From assembly GCF_964204645.1 (NCBI RefSeq), contig NC_134031.1, forward strand, positions 13,007,807 through 13,071,806: 64,000 nucleotides of DNA. Direction: 5' to 3'. A program made the position numbers and the translations under genes. The notes under the pieces were generated by a model that was given only the letters and a program-made list of their open reading frames with translations, did not search any database and was not told where the DNA came from. Positions 1 through 12,794 of the stretch are shown here, in pieces. The stretch is from Tubulanus polymorphus. Taxonomy: Eukaryota; Animalia; Nemertea. Each line of letters opens with the position of its first letter. Within the stretch, counting starts at the first letter, position 1.

Positions 1-170
1 CCATATGCTATTACCTGTTCTGTGTGATCGCCTTGCAACTGTGAAAGAACTGAACCTATAGCCCAGTTACTAGCATCACAATCAACTATGAATTTCCCCG
101 ATCCCTCTGAAAAGTCAGGGAAAGCCAGTACTGGAGGGCTTGTCAATGCAGATTTAATTTCTTCGAATGC
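1..170 (-). pseudogene. Gypsy pol, RT-connection/RNase H fragment (continues beyond window start)
   Basis: Minus strand reads AFEEIKSALTSPPVLAFPDFSEGSGKFIVDCDASNWAIGSVLSQ...VIAYG, a Ty3/Gypsy RNase H (DAS motif). It joins in frame with ...FEWGISQQKA at ~5951 once the LINE is removed. Confidence 0.9.
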
Positions 171-485
171 TCGTAACGTAAACGGTCGTAATAATGGCGG
201 ACGGGTCAAGTCCACCATTGAGTTAACTCTGTTAAATTTTCATGGATATCTGACATCAGAGGGATTTATGATGGATTATAGTTCACTCATTATGAGGTAA
301 ATAATGTTCACCAAAATCAACAAGGAACGTTGTGGTGTATAGTAAAGCAGTATGGTCGTAGTAGAACTTTTGTTAACTCTAGTCTGGTAGTAAACAGTTA
401 TATTAGTCTGTGTAAACAGTTTTATACACCGTGACTGCGCAAAATCAAAGCTATAATCGAGGACAAATTCGAGAAACTTAATTCT

Positions 486-1100
486 ATGGTTTTTGATATT
501 AATAAAAGCATGGACGATTTCAAAGAATCAGTATCCAGAAGATTCCACTCCATAGATACTCAACTAGAAGATATGAATATCCGATCCATCAATATAGAAA
601 AAAAACACCAGGAAATGAATGATATCCTAGCACAGATAGGTTCTATCCAGGAGGAAGCAGAAATGTACCCGCGGCGCAATTCCATCAGAATATTCAATCT
701 ACAGGAAGTAAAGATGAAAACTGTTCAGAGGCGTGCATTCAACTCTTCAAGGAGAAGCTTGATATTAATTTCAATAGTTCTGATTTCGACCGCGTTCATC
801 GAGTGGGCCCAATATCAAAAGATCCGAGAATAAAACGTCACATTATTGTAAAGTTCGTGAGACATACCGACAAGGAACTTGTATCAAAGAACAGGAAAAA
901 ACAGAAACAGTAAAACTACAATATCTGAAGACCTTACTAAAGCTAGAGCGTCGTTTCTGAAACATCTGTTTAAAAATTCTAGCGTAGCATCATCGTGGTA
1001 GTTTGATGGAAAAATCTTTATTAAGTTATTAAACAGTGATGTAAAGCATATTGTGAGAGGATACGAGGATCTAGAAAATCTGTTGCGTAATCATCAAAAA
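486..1100 (+). pseudogene. LINE ORF1 (coiled coil + RRM-like), frameshifted
   Basis: RRNSIRIFNL motif after a coiled coil; other frames give DRVHRVG, IIVKFV and ISEDLT, all typical LINE ORF1 motifs. Confidence 0.75.
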
Positions 1101-1730
1101 AAGGTCAATAATTATTTTGTGTATCGGCAGCTTATATTTTTCCACTATTTGTAACAACGCTTATGCATATGTTGACTCGTGAATATAAATCATATTTATC
1201 GGCTTCTTTCCAACAGCTCAAATACTAGTTTACGAATCCTTATTTAGCAAATAATGTATTTCAATTGGATTACAAATTCTATTCATAGGGCAACATATAA
1301 AGTGTCGCTCTGTCAACTGTGACTCAAATGTTCTCATATGATATATGATCATTCATATAGAACTATTTAGATTATCAATACTATAAGTATTACTAACTGA
1401 GTGTTATACCCGCGTTCTCACGTCAGTATCCTCAGGCAGCTTTCCTAAATTACATTACTTTTTTTTTTCTTTTCTAGTTGTGTTCTACTTAATATTGAAT
1501 ATTATTTGATAATATTTTTTCATTTTATGTACATTAATAGTAACATATATGTACAATCGTTCTTTTTCTGTGTTTAGCTAAGTTATGAACGTGAAAAATA
1601 CTTTTTTAATGTGTCTAGGCAACACCGATTTTTTCAAATGGTTAGAGCAACGTACTAAAGATCAAAACCTATTTCTTGATTCAATGAGGATTCCGTTTTA
1701 GAAAGAAATAAATGTCCGTATCTTGAACCT

Positions 1731-4700
1731 TTGGAACTTAAAAGAAAACTGGACGTAGGTCCTGGTAATCTTAACATACTACAATTAAACATCCATAGTC
1801 TACATTCAAAAATGGATCAACTGAAAATTAAAATCGAAAACCTTAATCGCCAGGATTTAACTTTAGATTTGATTATGATCTGCGAAACATTTCTAACAGA
1901 CAAAAATGCATCCCTATGTACTTTACCTAATTATAACCTTATAGAGAACCATAGGTCTAAAATATCACAGGGAGGAGTTGCTATCTATATACATAATAAT
2001 ATATCTTTCAACTCTAGATCAGATCTCGACATTTTTGAGGAAGCAAAATTCGAATCTTGCTTTATTGAGATAAACCCAAGATCTAAATTTGAAAAGAAAA
2101 TTATCATAGGGGAACTATATCGAGTTCCGGGCAAAAGGGAAAAAGAATTTCTCTCAAAATACCAGGAACTAATAGCAAAAATTAAACAAGAATAAATTGC
2201 CCATGGGCAAAGTGTGGTTTACCTTGAAAGCTAGAGGTTGTTTGGGGTAAGGGCATTGCTTGAAAAATCTTTTTAATTCGTGACTTCAAAGTTCTATGTT
2301 GTATTTCATCTTTCTCAAAGAATTATTTTGTTGTCAAATAAGACCAAAAAGATACATTTCGTAGGGTACAGGTAGGCGCGGCACGGAAACTATTTTATTT
2401 GTTCAAAGAAATATTTTTCACAATATGAAAAAATATTCAAATAAAATTCACATGGTGTCACATATCAGAGGGTGGCTGAATATTTAGTCTTGGAAACCTC
2501 TTCCAATGTATGGCCGCGGAATCTAAACCGGCGCAGTAAGAAATTGGCGTATTAGATCGTTTTAAATCCTGGAATTTACTACTACAATATTCAGACCTCG
2601 ACCTATACTTGTAGTTTTCTGCTTAATATTTTCAGGTCACAAGAAATTACAATTTATTATAAATTATATCAAACAGAAAACATAGCGCTCATCTTCTGTT
2701 GATGAAATGTCAGACGCGCCAGCAAGCAGCGTTTACAGTATCACTATAGTAGTGTATACTGTACGAGCGTGTGTTTGTGTATGCAACAGTCTATAGCACT
2801 CCGCGCGCACGTGGAGGCCTTGTGTAAGTGAATGTTCGCTTGCACTTCAGTGTCAATCAAATCAATCTCCGGGTATTAAAATGAAACAATACCTATGGTG
2901 GATAATAATTACATTCTCATCAGCAATGAGCATTTGAAATTTGCATGTATACGGCACCTAGTCCAATGAAACGTTCGCCATTCCGGCTTTCCCATAATTA
3001 TTTTAGTAGCGCCGGAATCCCCGTATATCCCAAAAACAGCCAATCACATTCGCTCGTAGAGACAACGCCCCCAATCGAGGTCATTGCAATTTTATACGCG
3101 AGAGCTAAGAATTTTCCCGCCAAAAACAGTTTATCGTAGAATTTTAACAAAGTTGATCATGTACATAGACGTAGGTTCGTCATGTCTTCAAGCGCATCGA
3201 TTATACGTCGTTTAACCCGAGAACCAATGAAACAAATGCTCACATAAAAAAACGTACCGCGATTTTACATGAAATTGGCTCAATGCCAACTTCATATCGC
3301 TGACAAAGGTAAACCAAAAATGTGAAGTAATCATTGGCATGGATCAAAATCTGGATTTTATCAAAGTTAATAATAATAAAAATACATCTAAATTTTTGGA
3401 TATCAACCTTAGTAATATTATTTATGCCCAACAATATTGCGACCAACCAGAATTACGCGATACAGTGCTACGCTTATTGATAACGTCTACCTTTCTTCGA
3501 AATAAAGTTCAAATCATAAAAGCGCAATACTATTGACTCATATGTCGGACCACTTACCTTGCTTTGTAACCAACACATATAAAACACGATCGATAACAAC
3601 TGAGTACAGAAAACGTAACCTCAATGATAGAAATATCCAGTTAATTAATGATAACCTTTCAAGAGTAAATTGGTCAATTTTAGATAAACTGGGTTGCGAT
3701 GAATCGTATGACTTGATAATGTCTAAGATATCGGACACGGTAAATGATTTAGCTCCTGAAATCATAATTTAAAAAAAACAAAACTTAGCGAACCTTGGAT
3801 GACTGATTCCATTCTCAAAGCATCATGGAAATGTGATAGTATATTTAAAAAAGTTATGCAGTTAAGCAAATCTGATGCCAAATATAAGAAAAACATAGCA
3901 TATCGTAATCAACTTAATTACATCAAACGACGACAGAAATTAAACTATTACAATTACAAACTAACTTCTTTTGGGAATAAAAGCCGCAAAATTTGGCAAT
4001 TTATTAAAGGATTAATTGGAAGGTTAAATGATAAAACATCAATCACTACTAATTTCACTATTGATGGCAAAAAACTGAGGATAGCTCTAAAATAAGTAAT
4101 GGATTCAATGACTATTTTTCATCAATCGGGTTTTCAATAACTATCGTCCAATTTCACTTCTACCAGTACTATCCAAAATATTAGAAAAACTTGTGCACAC
4201 GCGTCTCTATTCCTTTTTAGATAAGTATTGTATTCTGAATTCCTCACAATATGGTTTCAGACCCAATCACTCCACCACGCATGCAATAATAGACTTTATT
4301 GGCAATATAATTAACAATTAAGAAAACAAATATTATTCATTGGGCATTTGCCTAGATTTATCGAAGGCCTTTGATTCCTTAGATATTGATAAGCTTTTAT
4401 TAAAATTAGATCATTACGGAATCAGAGGACATGCTTATAATTGGTTCGAGAGTTATTTGAAAGATCGAAAAATGTTTGTTCATTACAACAATGTATCATC
4501 TACACTCAATCCTGTATCATATGGTGTTCCTCAAGGATCCGTCCTAGGACCATTATTATTTCTTATTTACGTTAATGATTTGAACCACAATTTGAAGTAC
4601 TCTAGGGCTATCTCTTTTGCGGATGATACGAATCTGTTGACAACAGAAAAGAATATTGCCAAACTTTTTCAAAATACTAAGCACGACATCAAAACTATTA

Positions 4701-5450
4701 TTGTCTGGTTCAACGCCAATCAACTTACACTAAACTTGGAAAAAGCTAAATGTGTATTCTATAAACCAAGACAGTCTGTTGCGTGTAATGACAAATTATC
4801 TATTGATGTTGAAAACCTAAACATAGGCCTCTCTTCTGACTGTAAATTTTTAGGACTTCAAATTGATGATGATTTAAATTGGGAATCACATATTAAACAA
4901 CTAATAAATAAATTAAACAAAAATCTATATCTTCTAAGAACTGTTAAAAAAATACTTCCAGACTCTAGCAAATTAATTATGTACTACTCTTATATTCAAA
5001 ACCATATCAATTATTCCCTCAGTGTCTGGGGACCACTTCTATCTGCAAAACAATCAAATGCTATTTATAAAATCCAAAAAAGCTATCCGACTAATTGATA
5101 ATACAGCTTTTAATGCAGCAACTGGACCTATCTTCAAGAAATATAAGATCCTAAAATTTTATGACCTGATTAAGTTGGAAGTCCTCAAATTGGGATACAA
5201 CCATTTTCATAGAAAATTACCAACACCGATTTTTGAACTATTCCATATAAACTCAGACTTTCATAAATACAATACTAGAAGTAGAAATTATGCCAGGGTT
5301 CAACAGCATACCACTAAACTTTTTCATAATTCATTCTTGGCGCAAGTACCTATCATATGGCAAAATGATCCTGATCATCTTCGTAAAGCGCCTAGTATAT
5401 GTTCTCTTGTTTCAAGGTTTGAAATTAAGTTCGATATAAGATCATTGTAA
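1731..5450 (+). pseudogene. LINE ORF2 (APE endonuclease + reverse transcriptase), disrupted
   Basis: APE motifs LNILQLNIHSL, ICETFL, GGVAIYI, LYRVP, GMDQNLD, SDHLP; RT motifs NYRPISLL, LDLSKAFD, GVPQGSVLGPLLF, FADD. Frameshifts, a HINE insertion and an apparent internal deletion near 4130. Confidence 0.92.
2193..3317 (-). mobile_element. Non-autonomous Helentron (HINE/DINE-like) inserted in LINE APE
   Basis: Asymmetric sub-terminal IRs GGTTTACCTT (2216-2225) and AAGGTAAACC (3306-3315); terminal hairpin TTGCCCATGGGCAA (2197-2210); A/T target with no TSD. Removing it restores KQE|KCEVIIGMDQ. Confidence 0.75.
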
Positions 5451-5519
5451 AGAATTTATCATTAACCGTTGCCTACCGTTGCCTACCGTTATCATTAACC
5501 GTATCATTAACCATGAATT

Positions 5520-5790
5520 TATTGAATTTATTTTTTCTTGTATTATAATTCATTATTACTGTTATTATTGTCATGAATACTGTTACTATAATTTGTACCA
5601 TGATTTTTATAATTATTATAATTCATGTAGTAATTCTTATCATTAATGTTATCATTACTCTTATAACTATTAATATTATTATCATTATTATTATTAGTAT
5701 TATTGTTATTATCATTATTATTACTACTACTTTTATTATTATTATTATCATTATTATTATTATTATTCTTATTATTATCTCTTTTGTACA
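5520..5790. repeat. Degenerate (ATT)n microsatellite in LINE 3'UTR
   Basis: ATT/ATC/ACT triplet run; source of the spurious poly-I and poly-N ORFs. Confidence 0.9.
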
Positions 5791-5949
5791 CAATTGCACC
5801 AATTATGCACTATGCACAGGGTTTCATTGTCTTAATTTTTAAATACAGCCTTTCGGCTCGCACTGTATCCCTCGAAACCTAATCATAAAATTATATTATT
5901 ACAATCATATTGTATGTGCGGTTTACGAAAAATAAATATCTATCTATCT

Positions 5950-8371
5950 ATGCTTTTTGCTGACTGATACCCCATTCGAAAGGCTGACCCTTCTTTGTGA
6001 GCAGATGGAGGGTTCACACATTTCCGCATATCCCTTGATAAATCTTGAATATTAAGTGAGGAGGCCAGTGAAACTTCGTACTTCTGATAAATTGATAGGG
6101 GCTGGCCAACCTAGGACTTTGTCAATGTTTGCCCGGTCAGTTTCAATTCCGTTCCCGCTCACGACATGGCCCAAGAATTTTAACCGCTTTTGGAGGAGGT
6201 GACATTTTATTGGCTTAAATTTCATATTTGCTGCTTTGAAACAATCGAATACCTCTGACAGCTTAGAAATGTGGGACGCCACATCCGCAGAGTGGACTAT
6301 GACATTATCGAGGTAGATCAAGGCTGTTTTCCATGACACCTTGTCAAGAGCCAAAGACATGACGGAGCATTTGTGAGACCGAATGGCATAACATTCCATT
6401 CCCACAAACGGTTCTCAGAACAAAAAGCTGCTTTTGGTTTGTCACATTCTTGGATCGGCACTTGCCAGTAGCCAGAGAGGAGAACCATGGCGATCCCGAA
6501 AGTGCCTCGAGGGTAGAATCTATTCGCCCCAATGGGTGACTGTCTTTAGTTGAGACATCGTTTAATTTCCTGTAGTCACAGCACAGACGCAAACTGCCAT
6601 CACATATAAGACCTTGGTCACACAGTTCAGTGCAGTGTACCCCTCAACAAATTGCTTGTAATGGGGCGGCAGACGTCGTTGATGCTGCCTAATCGGCTTC
6701 TGCTCCCCGGTATCGATCTCAAACTTAATGAGGGGTGTCCTCCCAATATCAAATTCCCCCGAGAAAATACACCCTGATGCGGCGCTAGGACCCTCTTCAA
6801 ATCCTCCCGATCACCCTCCGAAATCTCGAGACTATCGACATTTAGTTGGTTTTAAATTTAAAGACCCTTTAAATCATGGGGATCCTGCTGTGACTGAAGC
6901 AGTTCCGTCTCTGACAAACCAGAAGTGTCTTACACAGTGAGTACATTGACTGATTCGATAGGCGAGAAAATACCCACAAACTCCGCTCCATACCAACCAT
7001 ACCAACAAAATTGTTATTTACACTACATCTCTGCTTGAAATACGCAGTGGCCACGACCTCATGGCCTCCCGGAATATAACAAGTCTCGGTCAGGAACAAA
7101 CGACAGCAACTAGGTCGTGCATCCTTGGTCTCCAATGGTACATGGGTAAGGCCACACTCAAGAACTCTTCCAGGGTAATCAATAATGCAACCATTCTGTT
7201 CAAAGAAGTCACTTCCTAGCAGGCACTCCTGAGCCAAGTCATCGGCTATTACCATGAATCTACAGGTTCCCAACTGGAGCTCTACCTTGGCCACCCCATG
7301 AACCTTCATGTTCGCACCCGTGGCAGTGGCTAATTCGAAGTCGACTGGCAGCAGATTTCCCTGATCGGTCCTACGACTCTTCTCCCAGACAGAGGTTTTC
7401 AACAAAGTCACTGAGGCACCGGTGTCTAAGAGTATAGACGTACGTGTTGAACCATTAAGAATACCAGAGCAGTAAAGCCCAGTGTCTCTTTAATCGACAC
7501 GACAGATCATTTTCTCAGCCACGGGGCAGCTCGGACCTATTGACACATCTGGCTGGTCAGTTGTAATTGTGGTTACGACCTATCTTCGTGTGACTTTATC
7601 AACAGAGAGTTATCTGGGTACGGAGGTAAAATATTTGAAACTGTCTTCTGCCTCAGAGGAGAACCATCCGAAATTCCATCACCCGGTTGACCGACCGACA
7701 GTGAGGTATCTGGGTAAGGAGTTAAAACATTTGAAGTTGCCTGCTTTTCCAGATAGGTACGACCTGTCGTATCGGTTCCACCAAAAATTTCGTTCCCAAC
7801 AATTTCCCTTACGCAAGGGTCTAGTGAACTATTTACAACTTTTGAATTATTTACAATTTGGGCTCAATCATGTACGGAATCGTTAACGGGTGAATGAACA
7901 TGTTTCCGGATTCTACGGTGTGGAGGCAGATATTTCTCCATCATATATGTGGAGGGTCTCTCTATTGGCGGCGATTCCCTTGCCCCTGGAGGACTGCCTG
8001 TAATCGTTTCCCTGCTTCCCGGGGCAGTTCCTGGCATAATGAGCTCTACCAGAACATGTATGACATGTAACCTGCGGACATGTATCCGCTGTATGATCCG
8101 GTTCTCGACACCGCCAGCATGTGTTGTCCCTCCCCTGGGAGTTGGCCTGAGTCTGTGTGTTAACCCTGGACTCTTAACCGTCCATCCGGACATTCAAACC
8201 CTCGAGGAGGCCCACGAGTTCCGAAAGTAGCTCATCCGTCTTACCGGCCTTCACCTCATTTACATGTCGACGAGGGGGTCTGGACTCGTGTCTCTCAGTC
8301 AGGCGCTGCGCGGTCTCATGACCCTGTGCCAATGACATAGCCTCCGATAGGTACTGTGGCTGAACCACGTA
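5950..8371 (-). pseudogene. Gypsy gag C-terminus / protease / RT segment
   Basis: Two CCHC knuckles (CWRC...H...C and CHTC...H...C, ~8020-8120); protease ILLDTGASVT (~7408-7437); RT RLCCDYRKLN, IYLDNVIV (mutated YLDD), LKFLGHVV. Confidence 0.9.
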
Positions 8372-8729
8372 AGTAATAGGGAAAGTGGGCTTTCAGATCA
8401 GAGTACGAGAGTACGAGACACCACTCATCACCACAAGTAATTTTTTTTCCTTATAAATGGGTGATAGAAAAGCATTCTTAGCAACAATAAATAACAGAAT
8501 AAAACCAGCAAAAAAACAATTTGAAATAAAAAAGTTAATTGATGTTATAAAAGAAATTGAACATAAAATATTGAAATTAGAAAAGATAAAAACTAAATAT
8601 GGAGAGAAAGTATCAGCGAATTAAGAAATAAAATTAAGTTTAGAAAAATTAAATTTTTTTTGCTTTTTTCCAAAAATAAACACACTTTTTAATATAAAAG
8701 CGCTAATAAAATGATAAAATTGTTCAATA

Positions 8730-9086
8730 TTAAAAGTGTGAGTAAAGTGTGAGTAAAATAAGTTAGATTTTCAATGTTAAAAGTGTGAGTAAAGTGTGAG
8801 TAAAATAAGTTAGATTTTCAATGTTAAAAGTGTGAGTAAAGTGTGAGTAAAATAATTTAGATTTTCAATGTTAAAAGTGTGAGTAAAGTGTGAGTAAAAT
8901 AAGTTAGATTTTCAACGTTAAAAGTGTGAGTAAAGTGTGAGTAAAATAAGTTAGATTTTCAATGTTAAAAGTGTGAGTAAAGTGTGAGTAAAATAATTTA
9001 GATTTTCAATGTTAAAAGTGTGTGTAAAGTGTGAGTAAAATAAGTTAGATTTTCAATAATAAAAGTGTGAGTAAAGTGTGAGTAAT
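8730..9086 (+). repeat. 47-bp tandem repeat carrying the AAAGTGTGAGT doublet (8 doublets; 4 in right arm 12812-12976)
   Basis: Unit AAAAGTGTGAGTAAAGTGTGAGTAAAATAAGTTAGATTTTCAATGTT, immediately upstream of the arm ORF. Confidence 0.92.
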
Positions 9087-9101
9087 AATTTTGCTATATA
9101 A

Positions 9102-9753
9102 ATGAAAGAAGAAATGGAATTTAAAATTGAAATAAAAGAATTGAATGAATTATTTTCACTATTTAACATTAGAAATTGTATCTCAGCAAAAAATTTAGTT
9201 TATGGAAGACAATATAAAATTAATAATATTACTGTAATTAATCAAATAGTATTAAATGAAACATATTTAATAACTGAACTAATAGATACTTTAGATAATG
9301 GCGCCAAAAATCCTAAAATATTTAATACAGTTTTAAATTATAAAGGTAATTTAGATGAAAACATAATAAATATTCTTAAATTTCCTTTTAATGAAAGAGA
9401 AAGTGATATAATTCTTTCAAAAGGTAATGATAGGATAGACTTAAGAATTGAAAAACGACAATTATATTATTGTAATTTTGATAATAAACAAATTATTTAT
9501 ATTGAAAATACATCAAATATTGAAATTCAATGTGATTTAGAAAACAATAATTCTTAAAGATATTGCAATTCAGTGTGATTTAGAAAAAAGTAAATCTTTT
9601 AAAGATATCGCAATTCAATGTGATTTAGAAAATGAATTCAAAAGATTTAATCCTAATGAAAAAATTCATTGTTATTGCGGAGGTAAATATTCAAAATCAC
9701 ATAAATCAAAGCATTACCAAACAATTAAACATAAAAACTGGTGTAAAGAGTAA
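9102..9753 (+). pseudogene. Arm ORF1 (unknown protein, 3x IQCD motif, C-terminal C-x-C...H...H zinc finger), 2-nt deletion near 9553
   Basis: Near-identical to 12189..12794; the downstream frame continues KDIAIQCD...KIHCYCGGKYSKSHKSKHYQTIKHKNWCKE*. Confidence 0.75.
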
Positions 9754-9827
9754 CAATTCTACATTGAAAATAAATTAAATAGTCAAATAATTATTGAATT
9801 TAGTTAAATGATTTAAATATCTAATAG

Positions 9828-10655
9828 ACTGTTAAAATGATAAATTGTTCGACTGTTGAAATGATAAATTGTTTGACTGTTAAAATGATAAATTGTTTGA
9901 CAGTTGAAATGATAAATTGTTTGACAGTTGAAATGATAAATTGTTTGACAGTTGAAATGATAAATAGTTTGACAGTTGAAATGATAAATTGTTTGACATT
10001 TGAAATGATAAATTGTTTGACATTTGAAATGATAAATTGTTTGACAGCTGAAATAATAAATTGTTCGACTGTTGAAATGATTTGACAGTTGAAATGATAA
10101 ATTGTTTGACAGTTGAAATGATAAATTGTTCGACTGTTGAAATGATAAATTGTTTAACAGTTGAAATGATAAATTGTTGGAAAGCTGAAATGATAAATTG
10201 TTCGACAGTTGAAATGATAAATTGTTCGACTGTTGAAATGATTTGACAGTTGAAATGATAAATTGTTCAACTGTTCAAATGTTAAATTGTTCGACTGTTA
10301 GAATGTTAAATTGTTCGACTGTTAGAATGTTAAATTGTTCGACTGTTGAAAAGATAAATTGTTTGACAGTTGAAATGATAAATTGTTTGACCGTTGAAAT
10401 GATAAATTGTTTGACAGTTGAAATGATTAATTGTTTGACAGTTGTAATGATAAATTGTTCGACTGTTGAAATGATAAATTGTTTGACAGTTGAAATGATA
10501 AATTGTTTGACCGTTGAAATGATAAATTGTTTGACAGTTGAAATGATAAATTGTTTGACAGTTGAAATGATAAATTGTTTGACAGTTGAAATGATAAATT
10601 GTTCGACAGTTGAAATGATAAATTGTTCGACAGTTGAAATGATGAATTGTTTAGC
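9828..10655 (+). repeat. 24-bp tandem array (AGTTGAAATGATAAATTGTTTGAC), ~35 units
   Basis: Direct reading; mirrored by ~8 units at 11881-12066. Confidence 0.95.
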
Positions 10656-10777
10656 TGTAAATTTAATTGTTATTTGATTTAATCATTTAAAAGTTTAATA
10701 TTTTAAAAATGATTATAAAATATTCAATTAAAAACTAGCAAATGTTTATTAATTTTCTAATTTCTTTCTTAAATAAA

Positions 10778-10996
10778 TGTATGGTTTCATTCTAACTGGG
10801 AAAAGTGATTTAAAACATTATTTAGTTGCCGGAGGTTTAATTTTAGCTGCGCTTTACTTTTATTATGAAAATATTTCAAAAAGATTTAATAAATGAAAAT
10901 AATAAATTAAGCAAGAAATTAAAGAAGTTAAATACTAAAAATGGAAATAATCATAAAAACGGTAATAATCACAAGAAAGTTGTTGAATCAGATTAA
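10778..10996 (+). pseudogene. Arm ORF2, small single-TM + basic coiled-coil protein, +1 frameshift
   Basis: HYLVAGGLILAALYFYY hydrophobic segment; the mirror copy 11570..11752(-) is in frame but cut at the arm boundary. Confidence 0.5.
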
Positions 10997-11033
10997 ATAG
11001 TGAATTAATCTATTAAAATCTTTTTCTAATTAA

Positions 11034-11315
11034 ATGAGTGAAAATATATTAAATTTGTTAAATCTTATTTACAGAAATCAAGAGAAAATGAAATTAATTA
11101 TGATGATTTCAGGGTTACTTTCATTTTCAGTTTATAGTTTGAAACAATTGTTTCATTTTTATGATGATTGTAAAATAAAATATATTGAATTGAAAAATAA
11201 TATCAATTACATTTCAGATAGAATGAATAATATTAAAAGATGCGAAATTTGTAGTAAAAAATACAAGACGGAAAAAGGATTTAGAAATCATAAAATTGGG
11301 CATAAATTGGAATGA
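11034..11315 (+). CDS. Central ORF3, 93 aa, hydrophobic segment + C2H2 zinc finger
   Basis: CEICSKKYKTEKGFRNHKIGH fits C-x2-C-x12-H-x3-H; intact ORF in the unique spacer of the foldback. Confidence 0.6.
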   Translation: MSENILNLLNLIYRNQEKMKLIMMISGLLSFSVYSLKQLFHFYDDCKIKYIELKNNINYISDRMNNIKRCEICSKKYKTEKGFRNHKIGHKLE

Positions 11316-11569
11316 TTAAATAACAAATTAAAGTAAAGAATTTAAAAAAAAATCTCATTTATTGTGTAAAATTGAAATACTTTGAACTACGACTAAGATT
11401 AAACTAAAATAGACAACTTTGTTAATATAATGAAATTTTAGTTATATTTTAGTTGAATTGTAATTAAAGTTAGTTGAAACTAACTTCAACTAGAATTTAA
11501 TTAGAATTGAATAAAAATTTAAAAAGATTAACAAGACAGTTGATTTAGTGTATTTTTTGTCAATTCTAG

Positions 11570-11752
11570 TTAAATTCTAGTATTTCCATTTTTAGTATTT
11601 AACTTCTTTAATTTCTTGCTTAATTTATTATTTTCATTTATTAAATCTTTTGAAATATTTTCATAATAAAAGTAAAGCGCAGCTAAAATTAAACCTCCAG
11701 CAACTAAATAATGTTTTAAATCACTTTTCCCAGTTGGAATGAAACCATCCAT
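11570..11752 (-). pseudogene. Arm ORF2 mirror copy, truncated at arm junction
   Basis: Reverse complement of 10778-10949. Confidence 0.5.
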
Positions 11753-11880
11753 TTATTTAAGAAAGAAATTAGAAAATTAATCAACATTTGCTTGTTTTTA
11801 TCTAAATATTTTAAAATCATTTTTAAAATATTAAACTTTTAAATGATTAAATCAAATAACAATTAAATTTACAATTTAAA

Positions 11881-12066
11881 TTTTATCATTTCAACTGTCA
11901 AACAATTTATCATTTCAACTGTCAAACTATTTATCATTTCAACTGTCAAACAATTTATCATTTCAACTGTCAAACAATTTATCATTTCAACTGTCAAACA
12001 CTTTATCATTTTAACAGTCAAACAATTTATCATTTCAACAGTCGAACAATTTATCATTTTAACAGT
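11881..12066 (-). repeat. 24-bp array, right arm (~8 units)
   Basis: Reverse-complement units of the 9828-10655 array. Confidence 0.92.
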
Positions 12067-12188
12067 CTATTAGATATTTAAATCATTTAACTAAATTCAA
12101 TAATTATTTGACTATTTAATTTATTTTCAATGTAGAATTGTTACTCTTTACACCAGTTTTTATGTTTAATTGTTTGGTAATGCTTTGA

Positions 12189-12794
12189 TTAATGTGATTT
12201 TGAATATTTACCTCCGCAATAACAATGAATTTTTTCATTAGGATTAAATCTTTTGAATTCATTTTCTAAATCACATTGAATTGCGATATCTTTAAAAGAT
12301 TTACTATTTTCTAAATCACACTGAATTGCAATATCTTTAAAAGAATTATTGTTTTCTAAATCACATTGAATTTCAATATTTGATGTATTTTCATTATAAA
12401 TAATTTGTTTATTATCAAAATTACAATAATATAATTGTCGTTTTTCAATTCTTAAGTCTATCCTATCATTACCTTTTGAAAGTATTATATCACTTTCTCT
12501 TTCATTAAAAGGAAATTTAAGAATATTTATTATGTTTTCATCTAAATTACCTTTATAATTTAAAACTGTATTAAATATTTTAGGATTTTTGGCGCCATTA
12601 TCTAAAGTATCTATTAGTTCAGTTATTAAATATGTTTTATTTAATACTATTTGATTAATTACAGTAATATTATTAATTTCATATTGTCTTCCATATACTA
12701 AATTTTTTGCTGAGATACAATTTTTAATGTTAAATAGTGAAAATAATTCATTCAATTCTTTTATTTCAATTTTAAATTCCATTTCTTCTTTCAT
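12189..12794 (-). pseudogene. Arm ORF1 mirror copy, 201 aa, premature TAA within zinc finger
   Basis: AAA->TAA at KSH|K relative to the left-arm and copy-B versions. Confidence 0.75.

Larger units (their letters stand above)
171..5949 (+). mobile_element. Near full-length CR1/L2/Crack-group LINE, decayed, inserted in Gypsy pol
   Basis: 5'UTR, ORF1, APE and RT present; AATAAA followed by a (TATC)n tail at ~5931-5949; short TSD ATGC at 167-170 and 5950-5953. Confidence 0.88.

Noticed and set aside
5543-5842. Poly-Asn and poly-Ile ORFs
   Set aside because: Translation of an (ATT)n microsatellite.
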